In this document: positions 8,686 to 17,257 of the stretch, piece after piece
Layout: each line of letters begins with the position of its first letter
Numbering within the stretch: the stretch's first letter is position 1
Assembly (NCBI GenBank): GCA_001761425.1
Contig: CP012986.1
Coordinates: 210,001-242,000, forward strand
Length of the DNA stretch: 32,000 nucleotides
From: Candidatus Saccharimonadota bacterium
Lineage (GTDB): Archaea; Nanohalarchaeota; Nanosalinia; Nanosalinales; Nanosalinaceae
Reading direction: 5' to 3'
Made by a program: the position numbers and the translations under genes
Notes under the pieces: model-generated
The model's input: the letters and a program-made list of their open reading frames with translations, nothing else
Told to the model about the DNA's origin: nothing
Database searches by the model: none

Positions 8686-9957
8686 TTATTCTTCTATCTC
8701 AATGACTTCTCTACCGCCCATGTATTCCTGGAGTGGCTTGGGGATCTTGATTCCTTCCTCTGTCTGGTTGTTCTCTACGATTGCAGTCATAACTCTTTCC
8801 GTGGCGCATGCAGTAGCGTTCAGGGTGTGAGCGGTCTCGTTGTCGTCGCTTCTCCTGATTCTGACACCTACTTTCCGGGCCTGGAAGTCAGTACAGTTTG
8901 AACATGAGACGACTTCTCCGTATTCTCCGAGCGGAGGCCTCCAGACCTCGATGTCGTATTTTTTCGCTGCGTTGTCGTTCATGTCGCCGGTGCAGACGTT
9001 GACAACTCTGTAGGGAAGGCCTAACTCTTTCATGACTTCTTCAGAGTTTTCTATCAGTTCTTCATGGAAATCCCAGCTGTTTTCTGGCTCGCAGAAGATG
9101 TACTGCTCTACTTTCTCGAACTGGTGGATCCTCCAGATGCCTCTGGTCTGTTTACCGTGTTTCCCTGCCTCTCTCCTGAAATTTGTGGAGAAGCCGGCGT
9201 ATTTCTTCGGCAGCTCTTCCGGCTGAAGGATCTGGTCCATATGGAAGGTTCCCAGTGTCTGTTCCGAGGTCGCGATCAGGTAATTATCCTGATCCTCGAT
9301 CTTGTAAAGCTGCTCCTCGAAGTCTTCAAGCTCTGCAGCAGCCTCCATAGGCTCGTGTTTAAGCATGTAAGGAGTCTGCATCGGTGTGAAACCTTTTTCT
9401 CTGAGAAGATTCATCGAAAACTGGATCAAGGCCTGATTAAGCTGGAAAAGCTCGTTCTTCAGGTAATAAGCTCTTTCTCCTGACTGTTCCGCGGCCTTCT
9501 CCGTCTCGATAAGGTCGTTCTCCTCAAGGACGTCTGCAGCAAGTCTCGCATCTGATTCCCTGCCGTTTTCTGGTTCCCAGGTACGTAGCTCCTTGTTATC
9601 TTCTTCGTCCTCGCCTTCTGGAACTGATTCGTGGAGAATATTCCCTACTTGGTAACGGATCTCATCGCGTCTTTCCTTCAGGCGCTTCACTTCCTCTTCA
9701 AGGCCTTCGATCTCTTCTTTGACCTCTGTCATCTCCTGTATCTTTTCTTCGGCGTCTTCGCCTGATTTTTTGGCTTCGGCAATTTCCTCGCCTACAGTAT
9801 TCCTCTCGGCCCTGAGATCTTCCAGTCTCTGTAGTTTCTCCCTCCAGTCCTCGTCCAGACGGATAACCTTGTCGACTTTCTCCGGGTCTTTGTCTCGTCT
9901 CCTCTCGCTTTCCCTTATCTTTTCAGGGTATTCTCGGAACAGCTCTATGTCTAGCAT
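8686..9957 (-). CDS. serS: seryl-tRNA synthetase
   Basis: 423 aa. It has the N-terminal coiled-coil arm (MLDIELFREYPEKIRESERRR...) and a class II core (FRREAGKHGKQTRGIWRIHQFEKVE, GDMNDNAAKKYDIEVW). Confidence 0.95.
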   Translation of the reverse strand: MLDIELFREYPEKIRESERRRDKDPEKVDKVIRLDEDWREKLQRLEDLRAERNTVGEEIAEAKKSGEDAEEKIQEMTEVKEEIEGLEEEVKRLKERRDEIRYQVGNILHESVPEGEDEEDNKELRTWEPENGRESDARLAADVLEENDLIETEKAAEQSGERAYYLKNELFQLNQALIQFSMNLLREKGFTPMQTPYMLKHEPMEAAAELEDFEEQLYKIEDQDNYLIATSEQTLGTFHMDQILQPEELPKKYAGFSTNFRREAGKHGKQTRGIWRIHQFEKVEQYIFCEPENSWDFHEELIENSEEVMKELGLPYRVVNVCTGDMNDNAAKKYDIEVWRPPLGEYGEVVSCSNCTDFQARKVGVRIRRSDDNETAHTLNATACATERVMTAIVENNQTEEGIKIPKPLQEYMGGREVIEIEE

Positions 9958-9982
9958 AGTTGAACACCTTGTGAGAAACGCT

Positions 9983-9991
9983 TATTTAAAA
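9983..9991 (-). promoter_or_regulatory. putative TATA box of serS
   Basis: On the minus strand, TTTTAAATAA is centred about 30 nt upstream of the serS ATG (9957). Confidence 0.4.
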
Positions 9992-10258
9992 CAGGTTTTG
10001 AAATCCGAAACTCTGTGAGTTCCTGGTAGAAACATGGCAGAAGTCTCGGGTATACGAGGCTTTCATCGAACCTCTGAACGTTTAAAATGCGGTCGGTGAG
10101 AAAAGTCGGGAAATCGAAAATTTCCTTCGACTCCTGAAAGCTTCTCGCTTTCAGAGGGGTAGTCACCTTTCATTGGTAACGAGTAGTTCTTCAGCGAACC
10201 TTAAAAAATTGAGGCCTCCTACTGAAAGATTCGGAGAACTGCCTAGGATATCTTAAAG

Positions 10259-10486
10259 ATGCGCTACCAATCTTATCATATGAAGGAAGTAGCAGGATAC
10301 AAGTTCGACGAAAAACATCCCCTGGAACTGAAGGAAAAAGTAGTAACAGAGAAAGAATTCGACAAAATAAAAGAAGCCATGGACCTTGACGAGCTGATCA
10401 GATTTGGCAAAAGGCCTTTCGACGCACCGCCAGGCAAAGTACGAATCTGGGTCGAGGAAGACGAACCGGAAGAGGACACAGGATAG
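10259..10486 (+). CDS. hypothetical protein (75 aa)
   Basis: ORF-track entry with an acidic, plausible composition. It is convergent with the next gene with a 3-nt gap. No family recognised. Confidence 0.45.
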   Translation: MRYQSYHMKEVAGYKFDEKHPLELKEKVVTEKEFDKIKEAMDLDELIRFGKRPFDAPPGKVRIWVEEDEPEEDTG

Positions 10487-10489
10487 ATA

Positions 10490-10885
10490 TTATTCTACCG
10501 CGGGTATTGAATTTCCATAGGCTTCTTTTGCCCTGAAGACTGACTCGATGTAGTTCTGCTGTGCCGATAACACTGCTTCCACACCGGAAACATCCTCCAG
10601 CTCTACCTCGCCACCTTCGCTCAAGAGGCCTTCAGTGTCTCTGAAACTTTCCTCAGAACCTGAATATCCCATCTCTTCAAGCGTTTCATCAACCTTTGCA
10701 TTCACACCCAGCTCCTCTGATACCTCATCCTCGTACACCTTTTCGGCCTGTCTGTAGACTTCATTACCTCTCTCCACAGTAGAGACAACCATCTCCTCAG
10801 GACTTTCTGACTCTACCTGGGAATCAATCAGGTTTGCAAAACCGTTCAGCTCGTCAGCTATCTCGTACTCAACTTCAGAAGACAT
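10490..10885 (-). CDS. hypothetical very acidic protein (131 aa)
   Basis: ORF-track entry, D/E-rich like the neighbours. No family recognised. Confidence 0.55.
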   Translation of the reverse strand: MSSEVEYEIADELNGFANLIDSQVESESPEEMVVSTVERGNEVYRQAEKVYEDEVSEELGVNAKVDETLEEMGYSGSEESFRDTEGLLSEGGEVELEDVSGVEAVLSAQQNYIESVFRAKEAYGNSIPAVE

Positions 10886-10930
10886 ATTTGTTACTTACTC
10901 ATCACAACATATAAATCTTTCGCTTCAGAC

Positions 10931-11305
10931 TTACTCTTCAAGTTCCAGTAACTTCTCCTTAACCTTTCTCCCGTACAGATAACCGCCGACAGAATCCTTT
11001 CCAACAACTCTATGACAGGGAATAATCAATGGAACAGGATTACTGCCACAGGCCTGACCAACAGCCACAGCACTGGAACCCAAGGCCTCAGCTAACTCGC
11101 CGTAAGTCCTTGTCTCGCCGTACGGGATCCTACTAATCTCACGCATCACATCGCCGGTAAAACCATCCGGAAAAACTACTTTGAGCTTGAAAACTTTTCT
11201 TCTGCCTGAAAAATACTCGTCAACCTGTCTCCTGATCTCTTCTTCGTTTCCAGCGATAAGGCCTTCATCTATCTCAAACTCTGTATCGAATTTCCTGAAC
11301 TTCAT
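10931..11305 (-). CDS. ogt: methylated-DNA--protein-cysteine methyltransferase (short form)
   Basis: 124 aa with the signature IPCHRVV active site, preceded by the HTH segment YGELAEALGSSAVAVGQACGSNPVPLI. Confidence 0.85.
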   Translation of the reverse strand: MKFRKFDTEFEIDEGLIAGNEEEIRRQVDEYFSGRRKVFKLKVVFPDGFTGDVMREISRIPYGETRTYGELAEALGSSAVAVGQACGSNPVPLIIPCHRVVGKDSVGGYLYGRKVKEKLLELEE

Positions 11306-11344
11306 ATAAAAAAATAAGAAATAGAGAGGAAAAATGTAAGGCCT

Positions 11345-12370
11345 TTATTCCACGTAATCTGGTTTTTCGTGGCCGATTTCTTCAAGTGGTTCAAGCAGTT
11401 CCGGGTTCTCTCTAAAGTGTTCTCTGACCGGTTCGAATCTTTCGACTACTTCTTCAGCGACTGCTTCTTTCAGGTCGAGAGGGTGGAGTTCTCCTGAGCT
11501 GAAATCTTCCTCAAGGCCTTCAAATTCTTGGTAGTGTAGGTCTCCGCCGTATTCGTCTTTTCTTTCGATCTTTAGTTTTCTGTCTGCGCCGAAGATGAAG
11601 ATCTCTGCTATCTCTATTACAGGGTTGTCTTTTGTTTCGCCCTGTGGGCAGTAGGCGTCTTCCAGTGTCTCCTTGATTCTTTCTGGGTCTGCGTGGAGTG
11701 GGAACATTGTGTTTTTCTTGCTTGAGGACATTTTGTCGCCTTCTCCGGAAAGTGAGGAGAGCAGTGGCCAGTGGAGGCATGTAGGTTTTTCGTAGCCGAG
11801 TTTTGGTAGTTTTTCTCTTGCGAGCATGTGGATTTTTCTCTGGTCGATTCCGGCTACTGCGAGGTCTAGGTCGAGGTGTACGATGTCGAGTGCTTGCATC
11901 AGTGGGTAGACGACCTGTGAGGTGTAGATGCTTTCCTGTTCGGATGCGACTTCTCCCATTGCTCGTTCTCCACGTGTTACTGTGGTTTCCTGTGTCATTC
12001 TCAGGACGTCGTGGAAGTATTCTGTTTTTTCCTGGAAATCTCTTCCCTTTACGTACTCTGCGTCTAGTCCACAGGCTTCAAACGTTGCCTGCCAGTAATC
12101 TACCATGTCCTGGATCCATTCCTCGTCTCCTTTCTTGTTCAGGTAGGTATGGAGGTCCGCAAACAATACGACGGGCTGGAAACCTGCCTTCTGCAGATCT
12201 TTCATCTTCCTTATCTGTATCCAGTGACCGAGGTGTACTGGTCCGCTGGTTTCGTTTCCTATATAGGCCCTTGGCTCATCCTTCTCTCTCAAAGTTTCTT
12301 CCAGTTCCTCTTCCTGTATGATTTCCTCGGTGTTCCTGAGTACAAGTTCTTTGCGCTCCTCTAGATCCAT
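11345..12370 (-). CDS. tyrS: tyrosyl-tRNA synthetase, archaeal type
   Basis: 341 aa. It is colinear with the archaeal TyrRS as I recall it for M. jannaschii: HLGH (SGPVHLGHWIQIRKMKDLQKAGF), VVYPLMQALD, QRKIHMLARE, KMSSS, and ...ELHPLDLKEAVAEEVVERFEPVREHF. Confidence 0.92.
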   Translation of the reverse strand: MDLEERKELVLRNTEEIIQEEELEETLREKDEPRAYIGNETSGPVHLGHWIQIRKMKDLQKAGFQPVVLFADLHTYLNKKGDEEWIQDMVDYWQATFEACGLDAEYVKGRDFQEKTEYFHDVLRMTQETTVTRGERAMGEVASEQESIYTSQVVYPLMQALDIVHLDLDLAVAGIDQRKIHMLAREKLPKLGYEKPTCLHWPLLSSLSGEGDKMSSSKKNTMFPLHADPERIKETLEDAYCPQGETKDNPVIEIAEIFIFGADRKLKIERKDEYGGDLHYQEFEGLEEDFSSGELHPLDLKEAVAEEVVERFEPVREHFRENPELLEPLEEIGHEKPDYVE

Positions 12371-12578
12371 TCTGTATCTACCTGAGGAAAGTTGCGGGAA
12401 GAACCCTTAAGAGATTATTTTCAACTCTAGAAGGTTTTGACAAAGTTCTAAATGTCCCGAAGGTAAAGACCGCAGATTTCTCTATCGAGATATCTGCTCG
12501 ACTTATCAATCTGCGATTGATAAAAACATCCACCTTTCATTGGCGACAGGAAAATTTTGACTCTGGAATCTTAAAACT

Positions 12579-13091
12579 TTATCTGCTCACGTCCACAGCT
12601 TCTGCATCAGAAACCCGTTTCAAGGCCTCGGGATCAAGGTTAACTCCTACTACACGAGAACCAGCTGCGGGCCTTACCTCTTCTTTCTCCAGGATTGTTT
12701 TTTCCATCAGGACTTTGATATCCAGGTCAAATGGTGAGACTCCTCCTACGACGTATCCTGTCGCTTCTTTCACTTCTTCAGGGTTTGCCATCCTTACATC
12801 AGTGCCTAGAATTTCTTCCAGTTTCTCCTCTGAGACTGAAGTATCTCCCGGACATAGAACTGCTACAGGCCTTTCGCCGATGAAAACCAGGGTTTTCACG
12901 ATTTCTCCCTTTTTCACTCCTGTATGCTTTGCTGATTCTTCAACAGTCTCGGATTTCGCATGTACGACGAAATCTGTGTCAAGGCCTTCCGATTCCACAG
13001 CTTTTACAGCCCTTTTTACGTTTTCAATGTCTTCATCCAGGAAGTCCAGGAATTTTTCAAGAGCTTCTGGGCTCTGTTCGAAGCATTTCAT
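12579..13091 (-). CDS. YbaK/ProX-type aminoacyl-tRNA trans-editing (deacylase) domain protein
   Basis: 170 aa. VKTLVFIGERPVAVLCPGDTSVSEEKLEEILG...ATGYVVGGVSPFD matches the YbaK/ProRS-associated domain pattern. Confidence 0.75.
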   Translation of the reverse strand: MKCFEQSPEALEKFLDFLDEDIENVKRAVKAVESEGLDTDFVVHAKSETVEESAKHTGVKKGEIVKTLVFIGERPVAVLCPGDTSVSEEKLEEILGTDVRMANPEEVKEATGYVVGGVSPFDLDIKVLMEKTILEKEEVRPAAGSRVVGVNLDPEALKRVSDAEAVDVSR

Positions 13092-13115
13092 ACAGTATAG
13101 ATCTTAGTTGAACAG

Positions 13116-14183
13116 TTAAACCTGTTTAGCCAGTTCGAATGTTTCGGGAAGATGTTCATCAAGCTCGTAGGCCTCTTCGGGGATTTTCTCCCTCAGGAAA
13201 CGTTTCTGTAGAGGCCTGTAGCCAGCTTCAGGATTGATTTCTTCAGGTATCTCAACGTCGAGCATCTGGAGGCCTTGGTCTGTTTCCCTGAAGAACTGGT
13301 GTTCGAATATACGGTCTTTTCCGGCGTCGAAGTGGAGGTGATGTGTTTTGTTTTCTCCGAAGCTGGTAAGGTGTATGCTTTTCTTCGGAAGCTCTGGGCT
13401 TATGTCGTGGTTGTTTTTTCTTCCTCCGAGACCTAGGACGATTGTGTCTCCAACAGTTCTCGGGTAGGGCATGTGCAGGTGGTCGTAGACTGCTATATCC
13501 AGGTCCTGGAGGCTTGGAGGTGCTTCCACGGTGATGTCCTCGTAGAGTTCTGGATCTCCTTCCTCTGTGTTGCCGGTTTCTGGTTTTTCAACCTTCTTTT
13601 CACCGCTGTATATGACGGTCTCGGCGGTTCTGTCGTTGCTGTACCGTTCGACCGAGAAGAAATCGTTCAGAAGGCTGTCGTCTCTTGTATCTGGATGTTT
13701 GAGGCCTTCTCCTCTCTTGCTCTTTTTCGGGTGGTGCGTGGCCTGGAAACGGTTTCCTCCGATCTCTTTTTCGAATCCTTCGTCGAGTATGGTGTACTCT
13801 ACTTCGACGTCAAAGGGCTGTAAACTGTTTATCTGAGTGAAAAAGCCGGTGAAGTTGTCTCCAAGGTTTCCAGGCCTTTTCCTTTTCTTGTCCTCGTCTC
13901 CAGCAACCAGAACTACTTCAGGTCCGGTTTCCAGTTCATCTAAAAAGTTATAGACGTCGTCGAACGTCCCTGTATCTCCCATGACGTGGATTTCGTCTAC
14001 ACTGTATCTGTCGACGTAGCTGTTAACCTGTTGTGCGACTTCTCTGCTGTAGCTCTCGCTTCCAGCCTCGGAGAGTTCCTCAAAAGCGTGTATCTCCGAG
14101 ATCTGCAGTACGTTGTAGTTATCAGGTAGATTGAACTCGCCAGGCAGGTAATCGAGGCCTGGCGCAGAATTCAGATAGGACAC
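13116..14183 (-). CDS. metallophosphoesterase-like protein with degenerate motifs and a large acidic insertion
   Basis: 355 aa, GTG start. The ordered motifs resemble the calcineurin-like phosphoesterase set: ISEIH (DxH-like), HVMGD (GD), VAGDED (in place of GNHD/E), ATHH and YDHLH (GHxH-like). Confidence 0.5.
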   Translation of the reverse strand: MSYLNSAPGLDYLPGEFNLPDNYNVLQISEIHAFEELSEAGSESYSREVAQQVNSYVDRYSVDEIHVMGDTGTFDDVYNFLDELETGPEVVLVAGDEDKKRKRPGNLGDNFTGFFTQINSLQPFDVEVEYTILDEGFEKEIGGNRFQATHHPKKSKRGEGLKHPDTRDDSLLNDFFSVERYSNDRTAETVIYSGEKKVEKPETGNTEEGDPELYEDITVEAPPSLQDLDIAVYDHLHMPYPRTVGDTIVLGLGGRKNNHDISPELPKKSIHLTSFGENKTHHLHFDAGKDRIFEHQFFRETDQGLQMLDVEIPEEINPEAGYRPLQKRFLREKIPEEAYELDEHLPETFELAKQV

Positions 14184-14312
14184 CCTCGCATACCGTTCAG
14201 GTTTTCAGGTATCAGAGGTCCTATCATCCTGAATCATTTTGCGGTCTCTAGAAATAAATAACTACTGAACAGAGGAGAAACAGTTAAAGCATTAACCGGG
14301 GAAGGAAGGCCT

Positions 14313-15314
14313 ATGATAGAGATAGACGGAGCGAAGGGCGGAGGCCAGATGCTTAGAACAGCGCTGACTCTTTCCACGGTAACCGGTAAAAACTTCCGTA
14401 TGACCAATATCCGTGGTTCGAGGAAGGACGCGGGCTTGAAAGACCAGCACTTACAGGCGGTGAAGATGGCTAAAAAGCTCTGTGATGCTAAAACTGAAGA
14501 CGTTGAGTTTAACTCGGAGGAGATAGTTTTCAAGCCGGGAAATCTGAGAAATGAGGCCTTGAACGCAGATATTGGTACTGCCGGGAGTGTAAATCTTGTT
14601 CTTGAGACGGTACTTCCTGTGACAACACAGCTGGATGAGGATTTTTCCGCAGAGATTTCAGGAGGAACAGATGTACGGTGGTCGCCGTCCTCACTTCATT
14701 TCAGACAGGTAAAGACCGAGTTACTGGAACAGCACGGTTTCAAAGGAAGTTACGAAGTAGAAAAAACTGGTTTCTATCCCAAGGGTGGAGGGACAGCAAG
14801 GCTTGAGACAGTATCTTATTCCATGGAGAGACTTGATCTGGTTGATAGAGGTGAACTGGAAGAGGTAGAGCTTACTGTTAAAGCTTCGAACTCTCTGGAG
14901 GATGAAGAAGTTGCTGAGGAAACTCTTGAGGCCTTGAGATCGGAACTTGAAGTCGATGTACCTGTCAAGGAAAGTTTTGAGTACGTGGACTCTGTCTCGG
15001 AAGGTTCTGTTTCTTTGTTGAAGGCCTCTTACGAGAACTCGGTCGCTGGTTTTGATGCTGTGGATGAGAGAGGTCAGAGAGCTGAGCAGAATGCTTTCAG
15101 GACTGTTACCCAGTTTGAGCAGTTCAGGGGTTCCGAGGCCTGTGTTGACAGCTTCGTTGCTGATCAGCTGATTGTTTTTCTTGCTCTGGTTGGCGGAGAG
15201 GTCTCTATCCGTGAGTTGACGGATCATGTGGAGACGAATCTTTCAGTTGTCGAAAAGTTTGGTAAAAAAGTTGGATATGAAAGAAAGGAGGGTGAGGTCA
15301 TCCTCAGGCGGTGA
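14313..15314 (+). CDS. rtcA: RNA 3'-terminal phosphate cyclase
   Basis: 333 aa. MIEIDGAKGGGQMLRTALTLSTVTGKNFRMTNIRGSRKDAGLKDQHLQAV is the characteristic RtcA N-terminus, and ADQLIVFLAL lies near the C-terminus. Confidence 0.9.
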   Translation: MIEIDGAKGGGQMLRTALTLSTVTGKNFRMTNIRGSRKDAGLKDQHLQAVKMAKKLCDAKTEDVEFNSEEIVFKPGNLRNEALNADIGTAGSVNLVLETVLPVTTQLDEDFSAEISGGTDVRWSPSSLHFRQVKTELLEQHGFKGSYEVEKTGFYPKGGGTARLETVSYSMERLDLVDRGELEEVELTVKASNSLEDEEVAEETLEALRSELEVDVPVKESFEYVDSVSEGSVSLLKASYENSVAGFDAVDERGQRAEQNAFRTVTQFEQFRGSEACVDSFVADQLIVFLALVGGEVSIRELTDHVETNLSVVEKFGKKVGYERKEGEVILRR

Positions 15315-15325
15315 GGCCTTTTTCC

Positions 15326-15760
15326 TTATTCTACTTCGATTGTTTTTCCGCCGTTTTCCTTTTTTTCTGCGGTTACGGTGAGGACTCCTTCCTCGTACTC
15401 TGCTGAGATGGTGTCTGCTTCTACTGGCTGAGGCCAGGCTATTTTTCTGCGGAAGCTTCTCTTTGTTCTTTCTCTTCTGATGTATTTCTCGTTTTCTTCC
15501 TTCATCTCTGCCTTGCTCTCTGCCGAAATCTCTACATTGTTTTCGTCGCCCCTGATGTTGATCTCGTCTTTCTCTACGCCAGGAAGATCCGCTGTCAGGG
15601 TGTATTCTCCGTCTTCTTCCTGGATGTCTACCGGTAGGCTTCCTGTGAAGTCGGAGGCAAGGCCTCTTCCAGTGTCCTGTACTTCTTCAAACATTTTCTG
15701 CATCTGGTCGAACAGGTCTTCAACGCCGTCGGTTCTTTTCAGTCTTCTCATTCTTACCAC
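15326..15760 (-). CDS. hsp20: small heat-shock protein, Hsp20/alpha-crystallin family
   Basis: 144 aa with an alpha-crystallin domain (PVDIQEEDGEYTLTADLPGVEKDEINI...SFRRKIAWPQPVEADTISAEYEEGVLTVTAEK). The start is GTG at 15760, or alternatively ATG at 15751. Confidence 0.9.
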   Translation of the reverse strand: MVRMRRLKRTDGVEDLFDQMQKMFEEVQDTGRGLASDFTGSLPVDIQEEDGEYTLTADLPGVEKDEINIRGDENNVEISAESKAEMKEENEKYIRRERTKRSFRRKIAWPQPVEADTISAEYEEGVLTVTAEKKENGGKTIEVE

Positions 15761-15787
15761 ATTTTTATTCAGGTCAACAAAAAATTA

Positions 15788-16000
15788 TTAATCTTTTGAT
15801 TCGATCTCGTCGAGATGGTTCTCCAGGAACTCCAGCTGGTCATGTATCTCATTCATCAGGTTCTCTGCTCGCTCCTGTTTCTCCTTGAGAGATCCTGTGG
15901 CTTCCTCGTCCTTTGCCTCCTGAAAATTGCTTTCAGCATGCTTGACCTCCTGTTCAAGATCCTCAAGGATGTCTTCGTAACTTTCAGGTTCCTCGTCCAT
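15788..16000 (-). CDS. hypothetical acidic coiled-coil protein (70 aa)
   Basis: ORF-track entry. TTTAAA (16024-16029) lies 24-29 nt upstream of its ATG, which is leaderless-type spacing. It is in tandem with hsp20. Confidence 0.5.
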   Translation of the reverse strand: MDEEPESYEDILEDLEQEVKHAESNFQEAKDEEATGSLKEKQERAENLMNEIHDQLEFLENHLDEIESKD

Positions 16001-16023
16001 AGAAATATTTTTCTATCTCCCGG

Positions 16024-16029
16024 TTTAAA
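16024..16029 (-). promoter_or_regulatory. putative TATA box in the 38-nt divergent intergenic region
   Basis: TTTAAA is centred about 26 nt upstream of the ATG at 16000. A second A/T block (16003-16012) could serve the divergent plus-strand gene. Confidence 0.35.
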
Positions 16030-16038
16030 CAACCTTCT

Positions 16039-16251
16039 GTGGACAGAGAAGATAAACTGAAAGAGAAGGCCAGAGAAGTCATAGAAAACGGTGACAGGCC
16101 TTCAGCCCGGCTTCTCGCGGAAAAAATGGGGTGGTCGAAAGCCGATATCCACAGATGTTTGAACATCCTGGAACGAAGAGGAGAAATAAAGAGTTACAGG
16201 AAAGAAGTGATGAAAGGAGAGAAGATGAGGATGATAGGCCTCAACCGTTGA
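16039..16251 (+). CDS. small winged-helix DNA-binding protein (putative regulator)
   Basis: 70 aa, GTG start. SARLLAEKMGWSKADIHRCLNILERRGEIKSYRK looks like a wHTH recognition helix plus wing. It is divergent from the hsp20 unit. Confidence 0.5.
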   Translation: MDREDKLKEKAREVIENGDRPSARLLAEKMGWSKADIHRCLNILERRGEIKSYRKEVMKGEKMRMIGLNR

Positions 16252-16257
16252 AGAAGT

Positions 16258-16653
16258 TTACTGATCGACCTGCGGTGTCGGGATTGGAGGCAAAAGGTTC
16301 AATGTATTTGCTATTCCGACAGCTTCTGAAAGCAGTTTTCTGTAAAGCTCGTTCATCAGAGGTGCCTCAATTTCCTCAGGTAGCTTGTTGTCTTCTTCCC
16401 AGGCCTCTGTAACAAGATCGATGTTTCCCTTCCAGAGAACGTTACCGTCCATCTGGATCCTTGCTGCCTCGTCGTCTCCAGCGACGTAGGAAACCGTGAA
16501 CTCGAAGTTGATCTTGGCTACAGGTTCTTCGAAAGCGTTCACCTGTGCTTCTTCGATCTCTGTGATTTCAGGCCTGTAATTGACCTGTAGATCTCCGCCA
16601 GCGTTCTCTTTTTTGGATGCATCGATACCGTCGATATTGAATCCTACAATCAT
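16258..16653 (-). CDS. hypothetical protein (131 aa), weak SecB-like resemblance
   Basis: ORF-track entry, acidic. The pattern ...INFEFTVSY...IQMDGNVLWKGN...LMNELYRKLLSEAVGIANTLNLLPPIPTPQV loosely recalls SecB-type chaperones. This is from memory only. Confidence 0.55.
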   Translation of the reverse strand: MIVGFNIDGIDASKKENAGGDLQVNYRPEITEIEEAQVNAFEEPVAKINFEFTVSYVAGDDEAARIQMDGNVLWKGNIDLVTEAWEEDNKLPEEIEAPLMNELYRKLLSEAVGIANTLNLLPPIPTPQVDQ

Positions 16654-16738
16654 GTTTACCGGTTAAAGGCCTAATTTCTTTAACGGTACTGGTCCAGTGA
16701 AACGAAGTTCTTTATTAATTGATAACTAAGAAGGATCT

Positions 16739-17257
16739 ATGGCAGATCTCAAACAGTACGGTGTACTAGTTGTAGGCCTCTTGATGGCGGGAGGATTCGC
16801 ATTCGGAGGAATGGCATCATACTCCTCGATGATAGATTCAGGAGGTGGAGGAGAGGACAGCCAGATAGAAGCCGAGCTACCGGAGCAGAATTTCATCGAC
16901 GGCGACTACGACCTATCGATAAATGAGAGGATGTATTTGACACTTAGAGAGGACGTCGTCTTCGTATCCGCAGTTTACAACACATCGGAACAGAAAAAAC
17001 AGCTTATGGACTTAAAGAATATGACAGAAAACTTCAGGGGAAGAGCATACATTTCAGTGGAAAATGCCTCCACATCGACGACAGCATCAGCTTATACAAT
17101 CCCGGAGTATCCGAACGTGCTTGTCTACGGCTACATGACTTCCCGGCAGCAGACACCGGCACAAGCCGAAGAGATAAGCGAGCAAAGCATCGCCTCCACT
17201 ATCTGCCGGACAATGAACAACTGGGGAGACGTCAGGGCCTACTGCGCCAGCGTCTAG
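16739..17257 (+). CDS. hypothetical membrane-anchored/secreted protein (172 aa)
   Basis: It has an N-terminal hydrophobic helix YGVLVVGLLMAGGFAFGGMASY followed by an acidic domain. Two C-terminal Cys residues are present. Confidence 0.6.
   Translation: MADLKQYGVLVVGLLMAGGFAFGGMASYSSMIDSGGGGEDSQIEAELPEQNFIDGDYDLSINERMYLTLREDVVFVSAVYNTSEQKKQLMDLKNMTENFRGRAYISVENASTSTTASAYTIPEYPNVLVYGYMTSRQQTPAQAEEISEQSIASTICRTMNNWGDVRAYCASV

Noticed and set aside
8324-8830. 168-aa plus-strand ORF spanning the small acidic ORF and the 3' end of serS.
   Set aside because: Its basic, hydrophobic composition is atypical for this proteome. It overlaps serS antisense and competes with a better SD-linked frame.
9951-10166. 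71-aa minus-strand ORF in the serS upstream spacer.
   Set aside because: It is basic, runs through hairpin-rich DNA, overlaps the serS start, and has no SD or family signal. It is likely non-coding.
12517-13107. 196-aa plus-strand ORF covering the whole YbaK-like gene.
   Set aside because: It is antisense to a gene with clear family motifs. It is Ser/Thr-rich, non-acidic, and has no recognisable domain.
17254-17257. The convergent genes (172-aa ORF and alaS) share overlapping stop codons within the palindrome CTAG.
   Set aside because: This is a trivial consequence of tight packing. No functional implication can be supported.
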